Shown piece after piece: positions 49,341-62,771 of a stretch of DNA of 64,000 nucleotides (position 1 is the stretch's first letter; every line of letters begins with the position of its first letter). The stretch lies in assembly GCA_036785375.1 (NCBI GenBank), contig JAWMAR010000884.1, forward strand, positions 62,001 through 126,000, given 5' to 3'. The notes beneath the pieces are model-generated. The model saw nothing but the letters and a program-made list of their open reading frames with translations. It did not search any database and was not told the DNA's origin. The position numbers and the translations under genes are program-made. The stretch comes from Leucoraja ocellata. Lineage: Eukaryota.

Positions 49341-50644
49341 TCACACGATGATTTCTTCCCACATCACAAAAAAATAGGGTAGGTTAAATGTCCACTGTAA
49401 GTTGCCAATAGAGCAAATGTGAGGAGTAGAATCTGGAGGAAGTTATTGGTAATGAGAGTTTCATTAAATGGGATTAATGTGGGATTAATGCAAATGGGTC
49501 AGCAGAACCTCAATGGGCAGAGGGACCTGTTACCTTGTTCTCTCTATTGGTCATTATCACACAAGTTACTGATATTGTGAAATCCAACATCTTGGCTCTG
49601 ACGTCCCAAAGATCTTGTGTTGGAAAGAACTGCAGATGCAGGTTTAAACCAAAGATAGACACAAAATGCTGTGGTAACGGGACTCGACCCAAAACATCAC
49701 CCATTCCTTCTCCCTAGAGGTGCTGCCTGTCCAGCTGAGATACTCCAGCATTTTGTGTCTATTTTTGTCCCAAAGATCTTGTTGGTTTTCCCCAGCTGTG
49801 GGAGTTAAGGCCAGTTCCTATAGCATGGAGTTGATACAAAGGCTAAGGCAGGGAGAGGCAAATATGTTTTTTGATATATTTTTATAAAAGTTGGCTGAAC
49901 TTCCACAAGATAAAGCATTCTGCCCTGCAGCAGAAATGGGGGGATTGGAGATTTGTGTAAAAAACCCAGTTATGCTTCAAGTGTCGAGTCACAAACAAAG
50001 TTTGTTATCATTGGCAAGCTGCACTTCCTGTGAACTGCTGAAGTTTGTGCTGGAAATAATTAAAGATTCAGGCCCTTCCCACACAATACACCCCTATGTT
50101 ATTTTTGCATTGCATATTGGAAATAAACCGCATGCCATTAGTGCCTCTTTTAATGCCAATGACTAAATATAGAGTAGGAAAACTGCCACTATTAGAAAAC
50201 GTATATAGGTAAGATTTTTCATGACCTTGAGATTTCCTTTTTCTTCATATCAAGCAATGTCTTAACCAGACATGACAGAGGTGTGTGTACGTGGGAATCT
50301 AGACATTCAAAATATGAGTGTGAGTGAAAGTGTGCGACAGAGGTACTTTAACTCCCAATTCTCATTTCCACGGGTCTCCATCAACCTATTGCCACAAACC
50401 AAAGGGCTGTGGCATCGAATCAATGAGTAGCAGGGGAACATAGGTCAAAAGAAACCAGTTGCTGCCACTCAAGGGAGAGGAGGTGATGGCGGGTGAGGGA
50501 GGGGGAGGGGAGGGGGGGGGGGGGGTGTGATGGTCATTAATTAGAGATTAAATCAGGGCAAGAGTGAGTAAAATCTTACAATCAGACTGGATGAGCACTA
50601 TTCTCAGAAAGAATGTCTTGAAATGGAAGAGGAACTATTTGGGC

Positions 50645-50920
50645 TTAGTTTAGTTTAGAGATGCAGAGTGGAAACAGGCCCTTTGGCCCACCGAGTCCAT
50701 GCGACATGCAATCACCTGTACACTGTCCTACACATTAGGAACAATTTACAGAAGCCAATTAGCCTACAAACTGCTCATTTTGGAGTGTGGGTGGAAACCC
50801 AAGCACCCGGAGAAAATCCACACAGTCACAGGGAGAACGTGCAAACTCCCTTAGTCAGGTTCGAACCAGGGTATTTGGCACTGTAAGGTAGCAACTCTAG
50901 TACTGTGCCATCGTGCCACT
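50645..50920 (-). mobile_element. V-SINE (HE1-like)
   Basis: Head TGGCACAGTACTAGAGTTGC, GGTTCGAACC, V-domain, (CTAAA)n tail. Confidence 0.8.
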
Positions 50921-52149
50921 CAACGGCTCTATTGACCTTGGTACTTGCTATACTTCATCGCGCAAATGTTCCAAATAACAGACAGAGCCTAAATACATTA
51001 TCAAACCTGATCCCTGATCTGCATAATTAGAGAGGGACCAACCTTCTTGCAAGTGATCCTATTGGGTGCAGAAAGAGAGGATTGAAATGGATAACATAAG
51101 GTATCAAATGGACTCCGGACAATATGTCCTGTGAGTATTCTTACACTCCATCCAGACATCAGTTTCGCTTTGCTCCTCTTAAAAATAAATCGGTGGAATA
51201 ATTAACATTGGAAATTTGAAAAACTAAAACTAAACTAACTTAGGCTACTTCAATGGCACCTCCCAAACTGAAGTATTTAATGAAATGAAAAACAAAGGCA
51301 TGTGACACCTTGGAACACCTCCACTTGTATTTCTCCACAGCACGCACCATCCTGGCTTGGAATTAAATTCCCATGCTTTCATTGCATGCTATGTCCGAGT
51401 CCTGTGGTTCTCCAGCTAACAATTTTATGGGTAGACACAAAATTCTGGAGTAATTCAGCAGGACAAGTAGCATCTGCGGACAGAAGGAATGGATGACGTT
51501 TATGAATGGGCAATGGATTTGGCTTGGCCACTGGCATCAGCATCTCAAAAAAATAACAAACATTGCTGGTTTGTTATCCAAACGGTCATCCACTGAATAC
51601 CAAGACTATTCCGAAATTAATTTAATGATAAAGTTAATGTGTTTCTATGTGTTTGGTAATATCCATTGTGGTGCTGATGGAAATTGGAGAGAGAATGTTT
51701 TACTCCGATTACTAAAGATTGCTCGCTATTGGAATAAACACAGAACCAATATTTAACAAGGAGTAAATATGAAATGGATAGCCACTAGCCCATTAGCCTT
51801 ATATCAGTACTACAAAAAATGCATACAATTTTAAGTAGATTGCAGTAGTAACTTTATGATGATGTTTAAAGGTCACATTGTGTCTTTTACCTAACATTGG
51901 AAAGGTAACAATTGGGGTTTCATGCTTCCCAAGTATTTTCATGTTTCTGGGGCCATAGTTGAAAACAAACAACCTGTTATGTATTCTTCTGTGTATATGT
52001 ATCCTGAACAAAGTATTAATGCAAGTAAAATGGCTCCATTCATTTATTTATCTGCTTGCTGGAAGTTGTGTTTAGGGCATACCATTTTACCATACCATTA
52101 ATAATTAAATTACTTCTGCGTCTCATTTTCTTTAGCTAAGGGGCGATTC

Positions 52150-55100
52150 ATTTTACTTCGGAGTCACGTGAGTGACTATGGGAAGAACCCGTCCAGCACA
52201 CATGCGTGACATGAGCGTTCACACAGTGCAACAGCGACGAATGGGAGTACGGGCGCTCCCGCTACAAGCTGAAAGAACGGGCCATAAGGTAAGTACTTAT
52301 CCACAGGTTCCGATTCACAACTTTGTGCCTCTTTGTGCAACAGGGGAAAACTGGAGCAAAGCAGCACAGAGGAAAACCGCCCCCATTCGACTCTAGGGAA
52401 GGAGCGTTCCATCAGTGAATGGGGCGAGAGGCGGCACCTGGACCGCACACGCTGCGGTCCACAGTCACGGGTACCGAGCCCAGCTCAGCCCGCTAGTGCT
52501 GCCTGACCAACAGCAGCGGGCTGGAGGCAAATCAAGATACAGACCAGCCGGTAATCCCTGCATACTCCGACAAGAAGACTCGCCACGACAACAACAGAGG
52601 CAGCCGCCAGAGCAAAGTTGGAGACCAGTCGCAATGGGCTGGAGACAGACACACGGAATACTGACAGGCCGGCTCATTCAGAGAGTGGGCACTTCAAACT
52701 ACCGCCCGAGAGCGAGAAAGTGTCTGTTTACAAGCCTTAGAGAAAGGTCATGGAGTAAAAACTCCAGTGAAACTTGCCTCGGGAGCTGGGGCAAGCTCAC
52801 CAAGGGAGCACAACACTCACGCTCCCGTGCACTAACAGCACTGGCCATCGCATCTCCCGATGATCAGAGGGGATCGTTGGCAACCAGGGCTGGGCTGGTC
52901 AAGAAGAGGGGTCACTGGCTGAACAACATCGGGAGTTTGCTTGAGGTACAGGACCAGGAAGAGCTGCTGGGTGTGAGATACCGCTATGTGGCTACACCAC
53001 GAGCGAGATGGCCATTACAGCCTAATCTGGCGGCCAGCTTACTACCTGTTTTTAAAAAAAACCTCTCCAAGACAGGTAGTCATGAGGCGTTGGACTTTAT
53101 CACGCCTCCCCAAAATTGCATTTGCTCAAAGTGCCTACTGGGTACATTGGGGGTACATTGAGCAGGGCATTTAAAACCCAAAATCTTAATTTGCAATATT
53201 GATACCCCTGACGTTGGCTATCATTTTGCATGCTCATTCCAGAGGGGCAGGGTAGTATGGCAAAACACCTGACCCTACTGTTCAACACAGTATGTGATCC
53301 GCAACCTCTGGAAGGAAGTCATAAAACCTGCCCTCAACCTAATAAAATTCACAGGACTGTGAGAACGCCGACCTCAGAACCACAGATCCTGCTATCTGGC
53401 AAAGTTACCAAATCAAGCCTAAAAACTGGACGAAGTGTCCAAGATATTCGTCCTCATGAGGGCAGGTCCTGGAATGAGCAAACCACACAAAAGCAGACAG
53501 CAGTACCTCCATGCTTCCACCAGTAGGCGTCTTCCTCATGGTACTGGTGAAAGCTCGGGGCCCGCATGCCATTCTCCGCAAGTTTTTCAGGACTAGGGCC
53601 CATACCGGGCCCCATGGAAAATGCGCCCCCCCCCCCCCTCCCTCTGGACTCTGCTTCAGGTATTTTGATACCCGACTGGCCTACACAGCCATGGTTCCCA
53701 TTGGTCCTTGACATGGTAATCGAAACCCCAATTACTTTCCCAGTAGACCAGACTTATTAACTCACCCGGTATCAGGCATAAGCCACCCATGCCACGATAA
53801 AATCAAACTACTGGACTTGCAGATTTTGAAAAGGCCACTGCTGGGCCTGGGATTGTCAGACAGCACTATCAACACGATGACAGCATCCCACCGCATGTCC
53901 ACAAGGAAACAATACTTGTCGAACATCAAGAAGTAGGAAAGATACTGTTCGAATACAGGAACTACATATTCAACCACTACAATAACAATGTACTGGAGTT
54001 CCTGGCAGGCCTTCACCACAATGAAGGACTCAGCTACAGCACCATTAACACAGCCAGAAGTGCTCTGTCAGCCTACTTAATTCAGGCACCAGGACAACAG
54101 GCCATAGGGTCCCAACCACTGGTGATCAAACTCATGAGAGGCATATTCAACTCTAATCCCCCAGACCTAGGTATACCCAAATCTGGGATATCAGTGTGGT
54201 TCTGACATACATTAGGGGATGGTCACCAGGCAGGTCCCTCACCCTGGAACAGCTAACCCTGAAGACGGTCATGCTGATGGCATTTGTCTCAGCACAAAGA
54301 GTCCAGTCCTTCCATCTTCTACGATTGGCCAAGATGTAACACCAGACCGTGTCTCATTTACCATCCAGGGGCTGGTCAAACAGAGCAGACCAGGAACATC
54401 AGGTCCAGTCATGGAATTCCGGGCATACCCACCTGAACCATGGTTATGTGTCATGACCCACTTATTGAATTAGATCGACACAACAAGAAATCCCCGAGGG
54501 AGTGGAAAAGCCTTATGGGTCAGCCACAAGAAACCTCATGGTCGGGTGATGAGCCAAACTATCTCAAGATGGCTCAAGCAGGTACTGGGAGCTGCTGGAG
54601 TAAATACTAACATGTATACATCTCACTCCACCAGGGCAGCATCCACATCGGCGGCTAAGAGGATGGACGTGCCTATGGACCACATCCTGGCTACAGCGGG
54701 GGGTCTAGGGAGAAAAACATTCCAAAATTTTTATAACAAGCCGCTGGCAGAACCTTATCATTTTCAGAAAAAGTATTAGAATCTGCAAATATATAAATTA
54801 AGCCCGGGGGAGCATTTTGCTTTGTTATTGTTTAAATAACACCATTATTGTTTATACAAACAGATCATGGTTGATTACGATAATATACTTCCTCCCTCGA
54901 ATGACTTCGGCAGCGAGTGAAGTATGAACTGTTACACGGTTTGAAATCACAGAGCTTTAAAATCTTCACGTAGCCGCTCACGTGACTCCGAAGTAAAATA
55001 GTTCTCATTTAATCTTACTATTACTTTTAATAGTAAGATTAAACGAGAACCTACCAGTTCGAAGTTTGATCTGTATTTTATGAGGAGTTACGATGAGGGA

Positions 55101-55331
55101 TTACGTGCCCTCCGCTCCCACCCTCAATTATAGAGATCAACTGGTATTTAAGTTCTCTTTTTCTTTACTATGTTTATTTCAATTATTGTGTCTTCTGTGA
55201 TTCCACACCGCTGCTTTGAAGTATGTTGCGCATGCGTGCTGGACGGGTTCTTCACGTAATGCCTCATCGTAACTCCTCATAAAATACAGATCAAACTTCG
55301 AACTGGTAAGTTCTCGTTTAATCTTACTATT
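52150..55331 (+). mobile_element. Decayed DIRS1-type element (related family), RT/RNase H deleted, YR pseudogene, termini and ICR retained
   Basis: Same terminal/ICR sequences as 28768-33557. gag remnants, junction at ~53625-53645 joining the gag end to the MT end (DSASGILIPDWPTQPWF), YR fragments (GLVKQSRPG, SHSTRAASTS) with stops and frameshifts. Confidence 0.93.
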
Positions 55332-56067
55332 AAAAGTAATTAGGAAAAGGGATAGAGGGGACATGAGAAGCAAAAATATCACTCGGAGAGCCGAAGAGGT
55401 CTGGGGTTCTGGGACATAAAGGGTAGTCAAGGCAGCAACTCTCTTCACATTTGAATACACAATGCATATGTGCCTAAAGAGCTATGACCCTTCAGGATTA
55501 CTGACCAATTGTAGAGGCTAGAATTAGGCTAGATAGTATTTAGTTTTCATCAGTATAGACATTATTGGTTGAATGGCTACTTTCTGTGTCATACATTTTT
55601 TATATTTCAATGATATTTTCCTCTTTCTATATTTTTTCACATCATTGGTTCTTTAAATAATTTCCTTATTAATAATTGTCTAGACCTTTCATCTTTTATT
55701 GCTTCCCTATCTTTGCTTCTTTTTCTATTTTCATGCAAATGTTGCTTTTATTTTTTTGATTTGCTGTGCTCCAGGTTACCAAGACTCGAGTATCTTGATA
55801 AGGATGACAAAGTTGGGGGCAGGGGAGGCCGTTGCTCTTCTTGCGGGCCTTGGATAAGCTGTGAAATAATTAGCATTTATTGTTATGCACAGAAATGAAT
55901 CTTAACAGCTTTGCTTTGCCTGTTCTGTGACCACAACTCAACATCACTCTGCTCAGTCACCCAGCCTTTGACCTCAGCCTTCCCACAAATACAAATCAAA
56001 GTTTACCTTGAGCAGGAGGGAAAGGCAGAGGACAGAGATGGGGATGGAGGTTATATAGGAAGGAATT

Positions 56068-56755
56068 TCAGATGCTGATTTACACTGAAGATAGACACAA
56101 ATTATTGGAGTAACTCAGCGGGTCAGGCAGCATCTCTGGAGAAATGGAATAGGTGATGTTGCGGATTAAGTCTCTTCTCCAGACTGAGAGTCAGGGGAGA
56201 GAAAGAGGTATGAAAAGCAACCGAACAGAGCAGATCCAGCACCAATGAGCAAAAAAGCACACAATGGTCCAATGAAGGTATATGAAAAGTAAACTAGCAG
56301 GATGACTAGGGTTAGAAGGGGATGGAGAGAGAGGGAATGCAAGGGTTACTTGAAATTGGAGAAATCAATACTTATATGACTGGATTGTGAACTGCCCAAG
56401 CAATATATGAGTTACAGTTCCTCCACTTTGCATGTGGCCTCACTGTGATAGTGGAGGAGGCCCAGGACAGAAATGTTAATATGGGAAAGGGAAGGGGAGT
56501 TAAAGTGTTTGCAACTGGGAGATCACGTTGGCCAAGGCGGACTGAGCATAGGTGTATGGCGAAATGATCGACCAGTCTATGCATGGTATCACCGATATAT
56601 AGTGTATTCCACACTGAGTCCACACTGAGTCCACACTGAGAACAACAGCTACAGTAGGTCAGGCTGGAGAAAGTGCAAGTGAACCTCTGCCTCACCTGGA
56701 AGAACTGTTGGGGTCCCTGGATGGAGTCGAGGGAGGAGGTATATAGGGACAAGTG
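56068..56755 (-). mobile_element. Penelope-like element 3' fragment (GIY-YIG + pLTR), decayed
   Basis: IQGPQQFFQVRQRFTCT..LYIGDT in ORF 56372..56752; pLTR mini-element sequence at 56070-56190. Confidence 0.8.
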
Positions 56756-58599
56756 TCTTTTCCGCCTTCCTCGACTGGAACAATCCCATGTATGCTTATC
56801 CTGAAAGGTACACCCATTGATAATTAATGTTGGCCTCCTTGATTAAGGAAATGATTACAGATGATTCAATAAAGGTTAAAGAGTTTGATTCCTGGAGTGA
56901 AGGAGTTCTCTTCTGAGACATTCTTGATCAGGTTGGATTATAGTGCTTGGAATTTAGGATGATGAGAGATAATGTTTTTCCAATGGTCTAAGTAAATTCT
57001 AAAAAGTCTTGACAAGGTAATCAATGTTACCCTTGCAGATCAGAGCAGGGTAACAATTCCACAGTTCCATCAATTGTTCCAGAGTATGGAATGGCCCATT
57101 TAAATTAACAGTGAGGAATAATTTCTTGCCTTAGAGGGTAGTGAATCTTTGGAATTCTTCCCCCTGGAGACCTGTGGAGCCTAAATCATGAACTATCTTA
57201 AGACTGACAGTTGTATTTTGGGGCAATGGGACTCAAAGGTAATGGGGAACAAGCAGGAGGCTAGGATCAAATCAGTCATAGTCTACTTGAACGGTTGAAG
57301 AAGGCTGAGGTATTGTACAATCTATTTTGCTCCAAGTTGTCATATTCGTACAGGTACCAAAAACTCCCACTTCAGTCAGCAAACTGCAATGAAGAGTTAA
57401 AATTGCGGTCAACTGTAGTCCCTGGATGATAAATCTCAGCAAATTGCTTTAACTGATTTTTAAATAACAGCCTCAATACCAATAGTAGATTGCAAATTCC
57501 GCTATGCAGCATTGTTTATAATAAAGCCTAAAGAATCTAATCTCCAGCTTTTTTGAATTGGACACTGAGCAGAAAGCAAATCAATCTCTGAAATATTCAC
57601 ATTCAGGCAAACGTACCTGGAGGCATGTTTTGCATGCTTGGAGAAACTGCAACTGCACATGTTAAGATTATTCAGGTGTGGCTCAAAACAATTCAGAATA
57701 GTAAAAGAAATCTGGCAACTTCTCGGCTTTTGGAATACACCAGACGCAATTGAGATTTTAAAACAGAAATAAAATGTATCAGATTACTGGTAATTTTAAA
57801 ATCATTGTTCCATCATTTGCTCACGGCACTCTGACCACACTCTCATTCACCCCTACCATCAGAAAGAAGGTACAGGAGCCTGAAAACTCTGACCTCCAGG
57901 TTCAAGAATAGCTTCCCAGCAAATATCAGATCCTTGAACACTACACAACACTAACCTCAACTATGAACTACTATAGATAGTTGTTGTTTGCATTTCGCAA
58001 TTTGTTTTTTTATTGCAGTCCTATTACGATTATTAATTTGTTGAATTTTTGATTATGATATTTATCTCTGTCTACTGCATTTACCGGTCAATAAGCTACT
58101 ACAATTAAGAATTTAATAGTTCTGCTGTCGGTACATATTAAGTAGTCGTTACACTTGAGTATATTGACAGTGTTAGTGGTTTGGTAATAGTAATCGTTGC
58201 GGTTGTATTTAGGTAAAAGGGGAAAGCATATTCTCCTGAGTCAGAGATCTTTATATGTCACATACACAAACCTCAATATCTCTCCTCAATATTTACTTGG
58301 GTGAGAGAACATGAAGCCAGTCGATATCCTTGCTGCATATTTCTCCAATCACCAGTTTCACACGTGTTTCTCCACAAGTTTTAGGCAGAGTTCCCTTGCA
58401 AGGCAGATTCCTGAATTGGGGAACATCAAAGCCATGTAATAACCAGGACAGGCACATAGAAATGAACTTAGATTGCTTCAGGCAGTGAATGTTAGGAATG
58501 TCAGGAAAAACAAGGGTCTTTATTAAGGAATCCATTTTATAACAATACAGATTTTTCAGACTTTATTGGTTACAACCAATATTTGGACCATAACTATTT

Positions 58600-59765
58600 A
58601 CTGAAAAATCCATTTCCAAGTTTACAGCTGATAGCACCATAGTGAACAACATCACAAATAGGGACAATACAGAGTGCAGAAAGACAGTAGAGATCTTAGT
58701 AGCATGGTTTCAAGCCAACTACCTTTCCCGCAATGTCAGCAAAATGAAGGAACTGGTCATCGACCTCTAGAAGGGAGGTGGAGTATCTACAGTATATCAA
58801 TAGAGCTGGTGAAGATGGTCGGGATCTCTAGGTGTAAATATCATCAACAAATTGTCCTGGTTCATTCACATTGATGCTATGGGCAAGAAAGCACACCAAT
58901 GCCTCTAAGATGAAGGAAATGTGGCATGTATCCAATGACTCTTGCCAATTTCTACAGACGCACCAAATAAGCATTGTTTCTCGAAGCCTCAAGGATGACT
59001 ATGCCAGCTACTCTGCACAATACCACAGGATATTACAGACAATAGACAATATATGCAGAGGCCATTCGGCCCTTCGAGCCAGCACCGCCATTCAATGTGA
59101 TCATGGCTGATCATCTCCAATCCTCAGTCTGAAGAAGGGTTTCGGCCCAAAACGTTGCCTATTTCCTTCGCTCCGTAGATGCTGCTGCACCCACTGAGTT
59201 TCTCCAGCAATTTTGTGTACCATCCCCAATCAGTACCCCGTTCCTGCCTTCTCCCCATATCCCCTGACTCCGCTATCGTTAAGAGCCCTATCTAGCTCTC
59301 TCTTGAAAGTATCCAGAGAACCTGCCTCCACCACCCTCTGAGGCAGAGAATTCAGACAAAGATTTGTGGATGCAGCCCAGTCCATCACAAAACTATTCTC
59401 CCCCCCTATCGACTCCATCTATGCCTCAGGAAAGCAGCCAACATAATCAAGGACCACTCACACCCTGGTTATTCTCTCAGGAAAGCACATATCACAAGAT
59501 TCAAAACAGCTTCATCCCCACCGATATCAGGCTCTTGAATGGACTTCTCGTATGCCTGGGATAAATTCCTGATGTTCCAATTTACCACATTGCACATTTT
59601 TTAAATTAAAACTTACTATGAAGCCGTAAAACTATATTCTGCATTCTGTTTATTTTCTCTATTGCAATAGCTGATGTATTCATGGATGGTATGATTTTCT
59701 TGGATAGCATACGTCATCTTTTTCACTGTGTCTGCTACATGTGATAATAATACTATACCAAAACT
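58600..59765 (+). mobile_element. Rex1/Babar-like LINE fragment with nested CR1 3' end (minus) and hammerhead mini-element (59127-59222)
   Basis: RT-like remnant near 58615-58640, AATGTCAGCAAAATGAAGGAACTGGTCATCGAC, IQNSFIPTDIRLLNG, and tail TTTTCACTGTG..ACATGTGATAATAA. Confidence 0.7.
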
Positions 59766-61137
59766 TACCAAACCATGCATGCACTCAATACCCTTTATGT
59801 TGAGTGTTTTCGAAGTTTTAAGAGGATTTGTCTGCTCTATATACAGCACAGGCATCATTGTCGACCATAAGCACAGATCAGAAAGGTCATGAAACTCACA
59901 TTTAGATCACTGAATTGATGTAAGTTATTGCAAAATGAGAATAAAGCCATGGAAGGTATGGAGACACAAGAAAATGCTGATGCTAGAATCTGGAGCAAAA
60001 ATCAAATTCCTGGAGATCTCAGTGGGTCTGTGGGGGAAAGGAATGTCAATGTTTTGTGACCCCGCATCAGGATGGATGGAAGGATGCTGTTTGCAGGATC
60101 TCTACACAAAAAGTCGACAATTCCTTTCTTGCCACAGATGCTCCTCAACCCACTGAGTTGCTCCAGTTGTTTGTTTTTTGCATGGAGAATGTGGCATGTT
60201 CTGACCTGGGCACTGCAAGGGCGGCAGTAGGATCCTATGGTAGACTAACTGTAACAAAGTTCAGCTATAAAATAGGGTCCTTTGGAGTTCAGCGTGAGCG
60301 TGTCACCAGGCAGTATCATTTTGTCTGATAAGTGTGCAAACAAAAGACTCAGCATCATGAACTCTTATTCATAAGGAAGAAACAACAGCTCCAAGTTTGC
60401 CACTTTAGTATTTATCTAAAAGTTTACTGAAGGCAAGCAATGTCCATTTTGAACACAGGTAAAGGAGACAAGGGTGTGATTCCGTTCCGTGAATGATTTT
60501 CTTTTATCATGATATTCCCCCGCCTTTTCACAATATTGATTCATTTCTGATTTTGTCCTTCTCCATCGGACTCCTGGACCCTGAAATGAATTATTAACTT
60601 TTCTCTAAATTTTTTACATCTTTCAGGTAAAATATTAAAATTAGGGTCCTGACTGCTTTTATTAGGTGAGCACAAAGGATCCAAAGGCATTTGCATGACT
60701 GCAAACAGGGATGCAGTCCTATCTTTCTAGCTATCAAACACACATCAATTCTAATGTTTTCTTGCTCAAGAGAATTGTTCATGGTTTGGTAAACCACCAT
60801 TAGTGTTCAACAAGCTCTCTGGCCAAAAGAACTATCTAATATATGTATGTTATGATTATCTCAGGTGTTGAGCACAAAATATGCGTTTTTTTAATGTAAT
60901 AAACAATTGGTCTAATTGTGCAAAATTTCCAGTGCTCCTGCTTTATGCTTCCTGCTATGCTGCTGTGGTAATTCGTCATCCTCAGCCAACGTGATGATGC
61001 CACAGAATGTGCCATCACGTTGCCAGCGACAGGCAACACGAAGAGGAGAGAGAGCGCTTGCGGCATGGACTCCTCAACATTTATGACGAATGCTCCTAAA
61101 AGTAGGAATGTTTCCATTTTGCTTTTCAACTATTTCT

Positions 61138-61430
61138 AATTTTAGTTTAGTTTAGTTTTGAGCTGCAGCGTGGAAACAGGCCCTTCGGCCCATCGAGTCC
61201 GTGCCGACCAGTGATCCCAGCACACTAACACTATCCTACGCACACTTGGGAAAATTTACAATTATACCAAGCCAATCAACCTACAAACTTGGAGTATGAG
61301 AGGAAACCGGAGAAAACACATGCAGGTCACGGGTATAACGTACAAACCCGTATAGACAGCATCCGTAGCCAGGATCAAACCTGGGTCTCTAACACTGTTA
61401 GGCAGCAACTGTACCACTGTGCCACCATGT
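61138..61430 (-). mobile_element. V-SINE (HE1-like)
   Basis: Same head, V-domain and (CTAAA)n tail as the other copies. Confidence 0.82.
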
Positions 61431-62697
61431 CGCCCGTGATTCTGGACCAACAATTGATCAGTCGTTTTTTCCCCATAAAGAAAAGAGAATGTAAGACACT
61501 TTGTCCTGCATATTTGTAATAGTTGTATTTGACCATTGTGATTGAAGTATGAATATCTGAAAGTCTAAGCTTTCAAATTAGGTGGTATAATAGTTAGAAA
61601 GGGAGGGCAATTTTAAAGAAATTAAAAATTAATTATTTAATTATATAAAACAATGCTGTGAGTCCTGCGAAATTCCTCCAGCACTCTGTGTTTTGCTCAA
61701 AATTCCAGCACCTGCAGTTCCTGCATTTCCAGCCTGTCACCAAATCCAGCTTGGTGCTCTTTGAATAGCATGGCTGCAAAGGAAACTGACTGTGAAATGT
61801 GGGTATTCATGAACAAAATGGTTTATTGTTTTTCAAACCAACATATTTTAAAATTGCCTTGGAGATGATTTTTTTTTGCATTGCATTTTGAGGTAGTTTT
61901 ACACCAGAAGAATATCTAAGGATTTAATTAGAAATTGGAATTTCCAGTGGGATGCATAGAGGCCTGAAAATGGGCACAGTATTGCTTTGTTTCAGGTTAA
62001 ACCTCACTTCTACAGCATTGCTTTGTTATCTCAGTCATGAGAAGAATTCTCCAGACCAAATTGCTTTTTTAAAATGTAATATTTATAATAAAAAATGAGA
62101 ATTGTGATGGAAGCAGATTTCAGCAAAAAAATCTCTGCAGCCTTGTTAACCTTTGTATTTAAGGCAGATATAGTAATTGCTAAGTGTTGCTCAGGGCTGG
62201 CATTAATTAATTAATTGAATAATTGTTTATTTAACTGGCACAGTCTCATTAGTGGTGCTATACTCCCAATCAATTAACCAGACTGAATGTTTGTTCTGTT
62301 ACTTTATTCACTGATGGAATGCATCTCAGTCGAAAGTGTAAATGTATTGATTTTGCCCTGGTTGGGGTTAACTAAGAGATTTGCAGAGTGGAACACTAAT
62401 ACTCAGGTGCAATAAATTGCTGGAAGGATTTTCGTTAAAATACTTCCCAAAGGCAATGACTTTTTATAGTTATCTCCATGGTACATTATTGGAATTAAGA
62501 ACGTCTCTTGAACATCATGCATTCAATGTGTATTAAGGAGGCCAGGGAAAAAAAGGCTAGAGCTACTTATCATTAATATGTAATAAAATAGTATGAGATG
62601 GAGAAGTTTTCAATTTACCTTAAGTGTAGCTGTCACTGTGTTTTCATTGTCAATGATTTCATGATAAAAATTGAGTGGGGTGCCGACAATTTGCTCC

Positions 62698-62771
62698 TCT
62701 TCTTCTTCTTGTGTATGGCATGCACAGCCTAAAGTTGTAGGACAACTTGTTCTATTTGATCTTATTTGATT
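62698..62771 (-). mobile_element. 5'-truncated copy of the 24111-24245 short retroposon with (GAA)n tail
   Basis: Reverse complement AGATCAAATAGAACAAGTTGTCCTACAACTTTAGGCTGTGCATGCCATACACAAGAAGAAGAAGA matches 24187-24245. Confidence 0.8.
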
